Of a stretch of 64,000 bases of DNA, positions 21,823-30,914 are shown piece by piece; position 1 is the first letter of the stretch, and every line of letters begins with the position of its first letter. The notes below the pieces were generated by a model. The model was not told the DNA's origin. It worked only from the letters and a program-made list of their open reading frames with translations, and made no database searches. The position numbers and the translations under genes were made by a program. This DNA comes from Ignavibacteria bacterium. GTDB taxonomy: Bacteria; Bacteroidota; Ignavibacteria; Ignavibacteriales; Ignavibacteriaceae. The stretch lies in contig JBBIGV010000011.1 of the NCBI GenBank assembly GCA_037447335.1, positions 8,191 through 72,190 of the forward strand, given 5' to 3'.

Positions 21823-22143
21823 ATGTTGCGTCATAATGAAAGATTACAATGTGTTCCTGCTCAGTTTGCCTTGTATCAAAACTATCCCAACCCGTTCAAT
21901 CCAGTAACAAGTATGCAGTATGCAATAGACGGCCCGCCTGACGGCGAGGCTGGTAGGCAATTTGTAACCCTATAAGTTTATGATGTTTTGGGCAAAGAAG
22001 TTGCAACGCTTGTTAATGAATATAAAGAAGCAGGCAAGCACTCTGTTGAGTTCAATGCAACGGGACTTCCTTCAGGAGTTTACTTTTACAGGTTAAACGC
22101 CGGCAGCTTCTCCGAAACGAAGAAGATGATATTGCTGCGGTAA
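21823..22143 (+). pseudogene. orphan T9SS C-terminal sorting domain fragment with an in-frame TAA
   Basis: VPAQFALYQNYPNPFNPVTSMQY...VTL-TAA-VYDVLGKEVATLVNEYKEAGKHSVEF..GVYFYRLNAGSFSETKKMILLR, with the TAA at 21973..21975. No cargo domain lies upstream. Confidence 0.7.
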
Positions 22144-22145
22144 AA

Positions 22146-22197
22146 AAAGATGACATCTTTCGATGTGCAAAGCAGTTGCATAAAAGATGTCATCTTT
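22146..22197. terminator. bidirectional terminator between convergent genes
   Basis: Perfect 15-bp inverted repeat AAAGATGACATCTTT / AAAGATGTCATCTTT, flanked by an A-run on the left and a T-run on the right. Confidence 0.7.
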
Positions 22198-22205
22198 ATT
22201 TTTCT

Positions 22206-23261
22206 TTAATCCTGCTTGTGAAACTGGACGCTTTCTTCTTTAACAAAATTTACAAGCGCCTTTACGTTTTCGGGATTTATATCCGGCAGAATCCCATGAC
22301 CAAGATTAAAAATATGTCCCTCTCCTTTCCCGTATGAATTGAGAACGCGCTTTACTTCATTCTTAATGAAATCCTTGCTGCCGTATAAAACAGTTGGGTC
22401 AAGATTGCCCTGCAATGCAACATTGCCATTTGTAACCGCACGAACTTCGCCGAGGTCCATAGTCCAGTCAAGTCCGAGCACATCAGCGCCGCATTTTGAC
22501 ATCTCTTTTATTTTGTAATGAACTCCCTTTGCAAAAAAGATAACCGGCTCATCTTTTCTTTTAATTCGTGAAATGATCTTCTGAACGTATTGAAGAGAGA
22601 ATTCTTTAAAATCTTTCGGGGAAAGTATTCCTCCCCAGGTATCAAAAATCTGGACTGCATCTGCGCCCGCTTCAATTTTGGCCGAAAGATAATCAGTAAT
22701 TACATCTGAAAGTTTATTTAGCAGCGAATGTGCAAGCCCGGGATTATTATAAATCAGCTTCTTTACCTCAGAAAAATTTTTTGAGCCTTTTCCTTCAACC
22801 ATGTAAGTTAGCAATGTCCATGGCGACCCGCTGAAACCAATTAAAGGAACGCGACCTTTCAATTCTTTTTTTGTAAGCGAGACTGCGTCAAGAACATACT
22901 TAAGCTCTTTTGATGGATCAATTTTTTTCAAACGCTGAGAATCCGATTCATTCCTTACAGGCTTCGGAAACACCGGACCTTTTCCTTCATCCATAATCAG
23001 TTCCATGCCCATCGCTTCGGGAATTACAAGTATATCTGAAAAAATAATTGCAGCATCAACACCAATTATATCAATCGGCTGAAGAGTAACTTCTGCTGCT
23101 AATTCAGGCGTACGGCACATAGTTAAAAAATCATGCTTTGCTCTTACTGCGCGGTATTCGGGCAGGTATCTTCCCGCCTGCCGCATAATCCATATCGGTG
23201 TCCGATCAACTTTCTGTCTTTTACAGGCTCTTAACAATAAATCGTTTTGAAGCTGGTTCAA
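22206..23261 (-). CDS. hemE: uroporphyrinogen decarboxylase
   Basis: 351 aa with the IWIMRQAGRYLPEY signature. Confidence 0.9.
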   Translation of the reverse strand: MNQLQNDLLLRACKRQKVDRTPIWIMRQAGRYLPEYRAVRAKHDFLTMCRTPELAAEVTLQPIDIIGVDAAIIFSDILVIPEAMGMELIMDEGKGPVFPKPVRNESDSQRLKKIDPSKELKYVLDAVSLTKKELKGRVPLIGFSGSPWTLLTYMVEGKGSKNFSEVKKLIYNNPGLAHSLLNKLSDVITDYLSAKIEAGADAVQIFDTWGGILSPKDFKEFSLQYVQKIISRIKRKDEPVIFFAKGVHYKIKEMSKCGADVLGLDWTMDLGEVRAVTNGNVALQGNLDPTVLYGSKDFIKNEVKRVLNSYGKGEGHIFNLGHGILPDINPENVKALVNFVKEESVQFHKQD

Positions 23262-23272
23262 TTTATCTCCGG

Positions 23273-24088
23273 TTAATTTTCTGTTTTTGATTGATAGTAT
23301 TTGATTACTGATTCTGCTAACGCTTCTATTGTATATTCTTCCGGCTGCACTGAAACTGTAACCCCTTTATCTTCAATTGCAGTTCTGGTTGTTGGTCCAA
23401 TCGCTGCAACATCAACTTGCCTGAAGTACCCCAGTATATCCTGAATTTCCATGATTGAAATAAAATTTTCAAAAGTTGAAGGACTTGTGAAAACGAATAA
23501 ATCAATTTTGTTTTTCTGTAATTCATCTTTGCAGGAAGCTGTTTTATCTGCATCGGGTTTGCCAACATTGTAAACGGGAACGGCTTTGACGACAGCGCCC
23601 GTTTTTTCAAGTTCAATACGCAGTTCATCTCTTCCGATTGCAGAGCACGGAATAAAAATTAATTTATCTTTAAGAACAAGCTGGGATAAAGATCGCAGAA
23701 TACCCATTGCACTGAAATCATCCGGAATAATACTCACAGGTATGCCGCTGCTTGCGCATTTAGCCGAGGTTTTATTGCCCACTGCAACAACTGTTGTGTT
23801 TTTATAGTCCATTATTTTTTTTATGACTGTTAATCTTTCACAAAACATTTTAACAGCATTTGAAGACGTAAAAATAATATAATCCGGCTGCGTAGCATTC
23901 AAAACAACATCATCAAATTCCCTCCAGCTATCGGGCGGAATAATATTAATAGCAGGAAAGATTATAACTTTTGCACCGAGGGATGTAAACAACTTAGCTG
24001 ATTCGCCGGACTGTTCATGCGCACGGGTTATAACAATGGTTTTATTTTTTAAAGGAAGAGAATTAAGGCTGTAAAATGCAGAGTGCAT
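23273..24088 (-). CDS. hemD: uroporphyrinogen-III synthase
   Basis: 271 aa with HemD-like two-lobe repeats, sitting between hemC and hemE. Confidence 0.75.
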   Translation of the reverse strand: MHSAFYSLNSLPLKNKTIVITRAHEQSGESAKLFTSLGAKVIIFPAINIIPPDSWREFDDVVLNATQPDYIIFTSSNAVKMFCERLTVIKKIMDYKNTTVVAVGNKTSAKCASSGIPVSIIPDDFSAMGILRSLSQLVLKDKLIFIPCSAIGRDELRIELEKTGAVVKAVPVYNVGKPDADKTASCKDELQKNKIDLFVFTSPSTFENFISIMEIQDILGYFRQVDVAAIGPTTRTAIEDKGVTVSVQPEEYTIEALAESVIKYYQSKTEN

Positions 24089-24133
24089 GTAATCTCTTTA
24101 ATCAGTTAAAGTGTTATTTATTGCAGCCATACC

Positions 24134-24739
24134 TTAATTCACTCTCCATTCATTCACAGATACGATCGTTCCATCTGATGGTTCAATAAGCATTTCTTTA
24201 CCATTGCCGCGGTATCCGTGTGCGCCCTCGCTTTCGGAAAAAGTATTAAGGATATGCCACAGATATTTTTTGTTCTTTGCGTTCCAGAGAAAACCAATCT
24301 TCCATTCATTTATACCCTTTTCAAAATCGTTTTGCAATGCGATTTCCTCTGCCTGCATCTGATTTATATTAAATTCACATTCGCCGCTATAGCAATCCGG
24401 TATGCCTGAAGCTGTTTCGGGCTGAATAACGTTACCGCTTGTATCGGTTCTGAATTCAATTACAGTATTTACAAATGGCTTCTCCGGGATGATAAGGCGA
24501 TAAATCATCAGGTAGCCATCGTCAATTTTTTTTGTTCTGCGGAAGTCCTGTGAGATATAATTGTTAAAAATTTCTGTTCCTGTTGAAGATATTATGAACT
24601 CATCGGCTTTTTTCTTTACATGCTCAGGAACGGTAGATTCTTCCTGCGCATCGCATCTGCTGCAGGCACAGGATGCAAGAACAAACATCAATGTTAGTGT
24701 AACTACGGTGAAAGTAAAAAGGAATAATAATTTTTTCAT
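24134..24739 (-). CDS. lipoprotein of unknown function embedded in the hem operon
   Basis: Signal/lipobox LMFVLASC. 4-nt overlap with the hemC stop. Confidence 0.55.
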   Translation of the reverse strand: MKKLLFLFTFTVVTLTLMFVLASCACSRCDAQEESTVPEHVKKKADEFIISSTGTEIFNNYISQDFRRTKKIDDGYLMIYRLIIPEKPFVNTVIEFRTDTSGNVIQPETASGIPDCYSGECEFNINQMQAEEIALQNDFEKGINEWKIGFLWNAKNKKYLWHILNTFSESEGAHGYRGNGKEMLIEPSDGTIVSVNEWRVN

Positions 24740-25683
24740 TTAACGATCCTTGAGTTAGAGTAAATTTCATCGAGAATTTTTTTTGCACCGGCTTTAAGCA
24801 AATCTTCAGCAAGCTGTATTCCGGTTTTTTCGGGCTGCTTTGCACTGCCGCGCACTTTTTTTCTGAATGTCAGGCTTCCATCAATTGAGCCGACCATAGC
24901 ATCGAGATATAATCCGTTTAATTTAACTTCTGCATATGCACCGATAGGCACCTGGCATCCGCCTTCAAGCCTTCGAAGCAGTGATCTTTCAGCCAGTACT
25001 GCCTTGAATGTATTTGCGTGATGCAGCGGCAGGAGAATTTCTTCAACAAATTTATTTTCCTGGTGTATTTCGATTCCGAGCGCGCCTTGTCCGACAGCCG
25101 GAAGTATTAAGTCCTTCGGTATTATAGAAGAAATATATTTTTGCAGCTTTAGTCTTTCCACACCGGCGCGGGCAAGTATAATTGCATCCCAATCGGAGCT
25201 TAAAAATTTATTTATGCGTGATGGCACATTCCCGCGAAGATCAACTATATTAATATCGGGGCGAATATGCAGCAACTGGCATTTCCTTCTGAGCGAACCG
25301 GTTGCTACAACAGCATTTTCTTTGAGATCAAAGATTGTCATTTTCGTTTTACGGGTAATCAACACATCCTCAACATCATGTCTTTTTGTTACTGCGGCTA
25401 ATTTCAAGCCATCAGGAATTTTCGTCTGAAGATCTTTAAGGCTGTGAACAGCAAGATCAATTTTCCCGTTCAGCAATTCTGTTTCAAGCTCTTTTGTGAA
25501 AAGACTTTTATCGCCAATTTTTGACAATGCGACGTCAAGAATTTTATCGCCTTTGGTTTTTATTATCTTTATATGAACCCTGAGAGAGCGATGTTTCTTC
25601 TCAAGTTCTTTCTTTACGAAGTTTGCCTGCCAGAGCGCAAGCTCGCTTCCTCTCGAACCAATAACGATTTTCTTTTTATTCAT
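24736..25683 (-). CDS. hemC: hydroxymethylbilane synthase (porphobilinogen deaminase)
   Basis: 315 aa containing IGSRGSELALWQA and a C-terminal cofactor Cys (GGCQVPIG). Confidence 0.9.
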   Translation of the reverse strand: MNKKKIVIGSRGSELALWQANFVKKELEKKHRSLRVHIKIIKTKGDKILDVALSKIGDKSLFTKELETELLNGKIDLAVHSLKDLQTKIPDGLKLAAVTKRHDVEDVLITRKTKMTIFDLKENAVVATGSLRRKCQLLHIRPDINIVDLRGNVPSRINKFLSSDWDAIILARAGVERLKLQKYISSIIPKDLILPAVGQGALGIEIHQENKFVEEILLPLHHANTFKAVLAERSLLRRLEGGCQVPIGAYAEVKLNGLYLDAMVGSIDGSLTFRKKVRGSAKQPEKTGIQLAEDLLKAGAKKILDEIYSNSRIVK

Positions 25684-26965
25684 TTTTCTTTTCTTCGTTA
25701 GAATTATGCTGAAGCCCGAAAATTTCGCGTATAATGCTGATCTTCATAGCAGATTCATCCCGGCTTTCTGATGAGTCATTAAACTTTTTCAGTTCCACAC
25801 TTGGCTGATGAAGCAATTTGTTAACAATTCTTTTTGTAATAATATCGAGCTTTTCCTGTTCTTCTTTTGAGAACCTGTTTTTGTTCTTTTCAACTTCTTC
25901 ACGCCGTATTGATTCAAAATGATTGCGCAAAGATTTGATTGTGGGTGCTGCCTGTAAAGAATTATACCAGTTAAAAAAGGCTTCAATCTCTTCTTCAACA
26001 ATTCGTTCTACTTTAGGAATTTCTTCACGTCGTTTATTTAGATTTTGTTCAACGATGATGTTAAGAGAGTCTATGTCATGATAAAAAACATAATCAATAT
26101 GAGTTGAAGCAGGATCAATATCACGCGGTACGGCAATATCCATTAAAACCATTTCCGCATTATTGCGTTTCTTCATAGCCGATGCAATATCGGTGCGTGT
26201 TAAAATTATTCCTTCAGAACTTGTAGCACTAACAACTATATCGAACTTGTGAAGGTGTTCCTTGAAATTATTAAACGGGAAGACAGCGGTTTTAAGTTCT
26301 TCTGCAAGCCGCTCGGCTTTCTCAAAAGTCCGGTTTGTAAGGGCTAACCTGCCAACGCCTCTGCTGCGCAAATGTTTGGCAGCTATCTCACCGGTTTCAC
26401 CTGTTCCGATAACGAGCGCGGATTTTTTGCTCAGATTAGCAAATATTTTTTCAATCAGTTGAACGGCTGCAAAACTTACTGTTACAGCACCTTCGCTTAT
26501 CGCAGTTTCGGTTATTGCACGTTTACCGACTTTTGCTGCATGATCAAAAAGTCGTTTCATCAGAAAGCCGGAAAACTCTGCATCCTCCGCTAATTGAAAA
26601 GAATCCTTAACCTGCTTATAAATCTGATTATCACCAATCAGCATCGAATCAATCCCCGCAGCTAATCTGAATAAATGACTTACAGCAGATTTGGCATTAT
26701 AATTCTGAAAATGTTCGGGCTTTACATCGGTAACAGATTTCTGATTAATAATATATTGCTGCAAATCGGTGTGAGACAATTCCGGATTTACTGGTATTCC
26801 ATAAATTTCAGTCCGGTTGCAAGTAGATATAACAAGCCCTTCGGCAAGCAAACTGCCTTTAATCTGTTTTATAAGATTAGTTATTTCATCATTACTGAGA
26901 TGCAAAGCTTCTCTTAATTCAACCGGTGCGGAACGATGATTTATTGAAATGCTTAACAGGTTCAT
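25676..26965 (-). CDS. hemA: glutamyl-tRNA reductase
   Basis: 429 aa with the catalytic motif STCNRTEIY and the NADPH fold VIGTGETG. Confidence 0.9.
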   Translation of the reverse strand: MNLLSISINHRSAPVELREALHLSNDEITNLIKQIKGSLLAEGLVISTCNRTEIYGIPVNPELSHTDLQQYIINQKSVTDVKPEHFQNYNAKSAVSHLFRLAAGIDSMLIGDNQIYKQVKDSFQLAEDAEFSGFLMKRLFDHAAKVGKRAITETAISEGAVTVSFAAVQLIEKIFANLSKKSALVIGTGETGEIAAKHLRSRGVGRLALTNRTFEKAERLAEELKTAVFPFNNFKEHLHKFDIVVSATSSEGIILTRTDIASAMKKRNNAEMVLMDIAVPRDIDPASTHIDYVFYHDIDSLNIIVEQNLNKRREEIPKVERIVEEEIEAFFNWYNSLQAAPTIKSLRNHFESIRREEVEKNKNRFSKEEQEKLDIITKRIVNKLLHQPSVELKKFNDSSESRDESAMKISIIREIFGLQHNSNEEKKNE

Positions 26966-26971
26966 ACTTGA

Positions 26972-27796
26972 TCAATAAAAAGAATGAAAACTTTTAGCCA
27001 GAAAGTTGGTTATCATAGTTGAAAAGATAGCCAGCAGAAATCCGAGAATAGATAAGAATATAACTTTCTTCCCCCGCCATTTACCAAAAATTTTGCTTGC
27101 TATTCCTATTCCGTACAAAATCCAGACAAGTGAAGTCCCTACTATTTTCGGATCGGTAAAAGAGAAATCAGGAAATGCCATAGGCAGCCAGATTATACCT
27201 ATAACAATTGCGATGCTTAACAAAATAAAACCGATAACAGCCGAATAAAAACTTAACCGCTCAAGTACTTCAAGGCTTGGAAGCCGGTTAAATATTAATC
27301 CGAAGCGGTTATCTTTTATATCTTTATATAATACCAGGTATAAAAACCCGTAAACTGCCGAAATGGTGAAACCAGAATAGCCGAGCAGCGCACTGAAAAC
27401 GTGAGAACCCAGAAGGTTGCTTCGTAAAACTTCGCGCACTTCAACCAGGTCTTCTATAAATATTGAAGATATCGTTTGGAAGATAAGTGAAATAATTATA
27501 ATGAACGGACCAGTGCCGCGAATATCTGTGATAAGCTCCAGAAGGAAATAGGAGAAACAAACCGAAAAGGCAAGCACGGTAAAAATTTCAAATACATTTG
27601 TTATTGGAGGATGATCAAACTCAATAGTCCTCATCCCCAAATAAACGGTATGCACCAGAAGAGTGATAAAAAGAAACAACCTTTTATAGTTATCCAGCTT
27701 TTTATCACCCTTAGTGAAGGCAACAGCATATATTCCGAATGATACAAAGTATAAAAAGGGCAAAAGCACATTCAGAAAATCAATAGCAGAATTCAT
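26972..27796 (-). CDS. cytochrome c assembly (CcsA/HemX-like) membrane protein
   Basis: 274 aa polytopic protein immediately upstream of hemA, which is the usual position for this family. Confidence 0.55.
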   Translation of the reverse strand: MNSAIDFLNVLLPFLYFVSFGIYAVAFTKGDKKLDNYKRLFLFITLLVHTVYLGMRTIEFDHPPITNVFEIFTVLAFSVCFSYFLLELITDIRGTGPFIIIISLIFQTISSIFIEDLVEVREVLRSNLLGSHVFSALLGYSGFTISAVYGFLYLVLYKDIKDNRFGLIFNRLPSLEVLERLSFYSAVIGFILLSIAIVIGIIWLPMAFPDFSFTDPKIVGTSLVWILYGIGIASKIFGKWRGKKVIFLSILGFLLAIFSTMITNFLAKSFHSFY

Positions 27797-27843
27797 ATAA
27801 TTCCTTAAATCAGCTTATTGCAGTATGGTCAATTACAAATCTT

Positions 27844-28713
27844 TTACTGACCGCCAAGAATAATCGGCAGCCCATCTTTACCCGAACCAATCACAACAAC
27901 TTTAGAGTTAGGTGAATTTGCAAGTTTTTCGGTTGCTTCGATTCCCTTCCATCTGAGTAATTGTTCGCTGATACCTTTGGAGACAATATCCTGAAAGTCT
28001 GCAATACCTTTTGCTTCGATTCTTTTTCTTTCTGCTTCCTGAGTTTCTCTCTGAAGGATGAACTGCATACGCTGGCTTTCCTGTTCAGCTTTTAACTTTT
28101 CTTCTATAGATGCAGTCAGACCCGCCGGGAGTTTTATCTGCCGCATAGGAACAGCTTCAATAGTGATACCTCTTGGTGTTATCAACGAAGATAATTCAGA
28201 TTCGATTTCCTTTGTAAGCTTTTCCCTGTCGGCAGTGTAAAGGGAACGGGCTTCATACTTTGCTGTAACGCCTCTTACCACCGATCTGAACTGCGGTATG
28301 ATGATTTTCTCAAGATAATTCTCTCCGACAGTTTTATAAATTTTATTTGCATTTTCAAAACTGAGGCTGTAAAGAAGGCTTATCTCAAGTTCAACACTCA
28401 AACCTTCTCTTGATGGAACATACATAATTTCTCTGATTTCCTGTGTACGGGCATCGAACTTTACTATGTTAGCCATAGGATTAACAATGTTAACACCGGG
28501 GTAAAGAGTTTGATCGCTTACGCGCCCAAAAAAATCTATCACACCAACATGCCCTGCAGGAATTACCGTCCACAACTGAAGCACTGCAATAAGTAGTGCG
28601 ACGATTAATCCGATTAACGAAAATGATGCTTCCGGTTTATTAAAGCGTTTTTTTGCATTAACATAAACAAACCCGGCTACAACAGCAGCTAACAATGCAA
28701 CAATAAATAACAT
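27844..28713 (-). CDS. SPFH/band 7 (prohibitin-like) membrane protein
   Basis: N-terminal TM helix, an SPFH core and a C-terminal coiled coil (EQESQRMQFILQRETQEAERKRIEAKG). Confidence 0.8.
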   Translation of the reverse strand: MLFIVALLAAVVAGFVYVNAKKRFNKPEASFSLIGLIVALLIAVLQLWTVIPAGHVGVIDFFGRVSDQTLYPGVNIVNPMANIVKFDARTQEIREIMYVPSREGLSVELEISLLYSLSFENANKIYKTVGENYLEKIIIPQFRSVVRGVTAKYEARSLYTADREKLTKEIESELSSLITPRGITIEAVPMRQIKLPAGLTASIEEKLKAEQESQRMQFILQRETQEAERKRIEAKGIADFQDIVSKGISEQLLRWKGIEATEKLANSPNSKVVVIGSGKDGLPIILGGQ

Positions 28714-28814
28714 AATATTCCTCTCTTGTTCTGATTAAAATCTTTTCAAATATAGTATTAGTTTTTCTGAATAGAAACCTATGATATGATAACATGGAAT
28801 CGGCAGTAATAAAA

Positions 28815-28954
28815 GGGGCTCTGACCAAAATGCAGCACAGATTACTAATCTGTGCTGCAATGAATTTGAATTTAATCTGAAATCAGACATAAAAATTCAA
28901 AGTTGTTTGAAAATTTACTTTTCCCAAAGGGATGGATTCCCATTGGTCAGCCCC
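28815..28954 (+). repeat. palindromic intergenic repeat element, copy 1 (MITE/REP-like or structured RNA)
   Basis: Near-identical to 39548..39665. Termini are GGGGCT(CT)GACCAA / TTGGTCAGCCCC. Internal perfect hairpin GCAGCACAGATT-ACT-AATCTGTGCTGC. It carries an extra insert of about 22 nt relative to copy 2. Confidence 0.8.
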
Positions 28955-28966
28955 ACCTCAAAAAAA

Positions 28967-29419
28967 TTATTTTTTATATTCTTTCAGGAATCCCATAAAT
29001 TCAATGCGATGAGATTCTTCCATTCCGAGCAGTTGGATACAAAGATCCTGTGTTACATAATCCACACCATCACATAGTTTAATGAGCTTACCATATTGTT
29101 CGATAGCTCCGTTTTCAGCTTCGATAACACCTTCTATTACAGAAACAACATCTGTTGTGTCTTCTTTGGTCTGAAGGTATGTTTGTACTGCTTTAAAATT
29201 CATAGAGCCCGGCACTGTGCCGCCAAGTTCTTTGATTCTTTTTGCAAGGCGCTGTGCATGGGAAATTTCTTCAGTAACATCGGCAGCAAGAGATTTTTTG
29301 ATTTCTTCTGCTCTTACACCGTCAAGGTTGATTGAATTGGAAATGTAGTTCATTACTGTTTCGATTTCCATCCAATAGCTTTTAATTAAGTTTTCGATTA
29401 TTTCTTTTTTGTTTGACAT
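28967..29419 (-). CDS. ferritin-like / Dps-like four-helix-bundle protein
   Basis: 150 aa containing MEIETVMNY...EEISHAQRLAKRI...EESHRIEF di-iron type ligand spacing. Confidence 0.65.
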   Translation of the reverse strand: MSNKKEIIENLIKSYWMEIETVMNYISNSINLDGVRAEEIKKSLAADVTEEISHAQRLAKRIKELGGTVPGSMNFKAVQTYLQTKEDTTDVVSVIEGVIEAENGAIEQYGKLIKLCDGVDYVTQDLCIQLLGMEESHRIEFMGFLKEYKK

Positions 29420-29427
29420 AACTTCTC

Positions 29428-30732
29428 CTAATAGATTGTTTTTTTGATTAGTTTGATTTTGTTGCCTTTGACTTTTGAAAATTCCAATGAGTTATAAATT
29501 CTTTTTAATGAATTATCTATTTGATTTTTTTTGTCGGTTCTGATTTCGCCGATGATCATATCTTTTGTAAGATGATCACCTGTTTTAACATTAAGTATAA
29601 TTCCTGCTTTATGATCGATTACCTCATCTTTTGTAAGACGACCAGCGCCAAGCTCAAGTGCTGCCATTCCTATCATATATGTATCAATGCTTTTTACACA
29701 GCCGGAAGCAGGACTGTATAGCTTAATATTATATTTAGAACGGGGATACAAATCAGGATTACTAATTATTTTAATATCTCCGCCTTGCAGCCTGACTATC
29801 TCTAAAAATTTATCATAGGCTTTACCGCTCATTAAAATTTTTTTTGCCTTTTCAGTACCTTCCTTTATAGAGCCGGCTTTCCCGCCTAAAAAAATCATCG
29901 CTCCGGACAAAGTAACAGACAATTCGTATAAGTCTGAAGAATCATCTCCTCTAAGCACATTAAGCGATTCATACACTTCAAGCCAGTTGCCGATATAATT
30001 GCCGAGAGGTTGATTCATATCTGTTATAAAGGCGATTACCTTTTTCTTAAAAGATTTTGCCGTTGAGATCAAGGAATCAGCAAGCACCAACGCTTCCTTT
30101 TCACTCTTCATAAAAGCGCCGTTACCGGTTTTCACATCAAGCACAAGTCCGTCAATTCCTTCAGCAAGTTTTTTGCTCATTATGCTTGCTGTAATAAACG
30201 GAACGGATTCAATTGTTGCCGTTGCACTTCTGAGAGCGTAAATAAGTTTATCAGCAGGAGCAATTTCCTTCGTCTGCCCTATAAGCGCCGCCCCACATTT
30301 TTTCAGAACATATTTAAATCTGTTGAGATTCAAACTTGTATTAAAACCCGGTATTGATTCGAGTTTATCGAGAGTGCCGCCGGTATGTCCTAAACCTCTT
30401 CCCGAAATCATCGGAACATATATGCCTGCAGATGCTGCAACAGGTGCAATTATCAGTGAGGTTTTATCGCCAACACCTCCGGTAGAATGCTTGTCGATTT
30501 TATAGCCTTTTATACTGCTTAACTCAACTAACTTACCTGAGTGCAGCATAGATTTGGTCAGGGCAGATGTTTCTCTTTTATTCAAACCATTAAGAAAACC
30601 AGCCATTAAGAAGGCAGCAAATTGGTAATCAGGGATTTTCCCGGATGAATAGCTTTTGATCAGAAAATCTATTTCAATATCAGATAATGACTCACCGTCT
30701 CTTTTCTTTTGGATAATTTCCAACGAATTCAT
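29428..30732 (-). CDS. deoA: thymidine (pyrimidine-nucleoside) phosphorylase
   Basis: 434 aa with KHSTGGVGDKTSL and SGRGLGHTGGTLDKLESIPGF. Confidence 0.9.
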   Translation of the reverse strand: MNSLEIIQKKRDGESLSDIEIDFLIKSYSSGKIPDYQFAAFLMAGFLNGLNKRETSALTKSMLHSGKLVELSSIKGYKIDKHSTGGVGDKTSLIIAPVAASAGIYVPMISGRGLGHTGGTLDKLESIPGFNTSLNLNRFKYVLKKCGAALIGQTKEIAPADKLIYALRSATATIESVPFITASIMSKKLAEGIDGLVLDVKTGNGAFMKSEKEALVLADSLISTAKSFKKKVIAFITDMNQPLGNYIGNWLEVYESLNVLRGDDSSDLYELSVTLSGAMIFLGGKAGSIKEGTEKAKKILMSGKAYDKFLEIVRLQGGDIKIISNPDLYPRSKYNIKLYSPASGCVKSIDTYMIGMAALELGAGRLTKDEVIDHKAGIILNVKTGDHLTKDMIIGEIRTDKKNQIDNSLKRIYNSLEFSKVKGNKIKLIKKTIY

Positions 30733-30914
30733 AGTGCAAATTTAAGAATAAATGCTTTCTATTCCGATTAAACAGATCACTTGTGTTTGTGAAAGTCCAT
30801 TACTTAAAATGTTTAACTAACAGCATCTAAACTATTACAGATTATTTGGTTAGCCGCATTGAAATGTTTATTTTAAGCACTTCAAATTTCAAACAAAAGG
30901 AGTAAATCTGTTTA

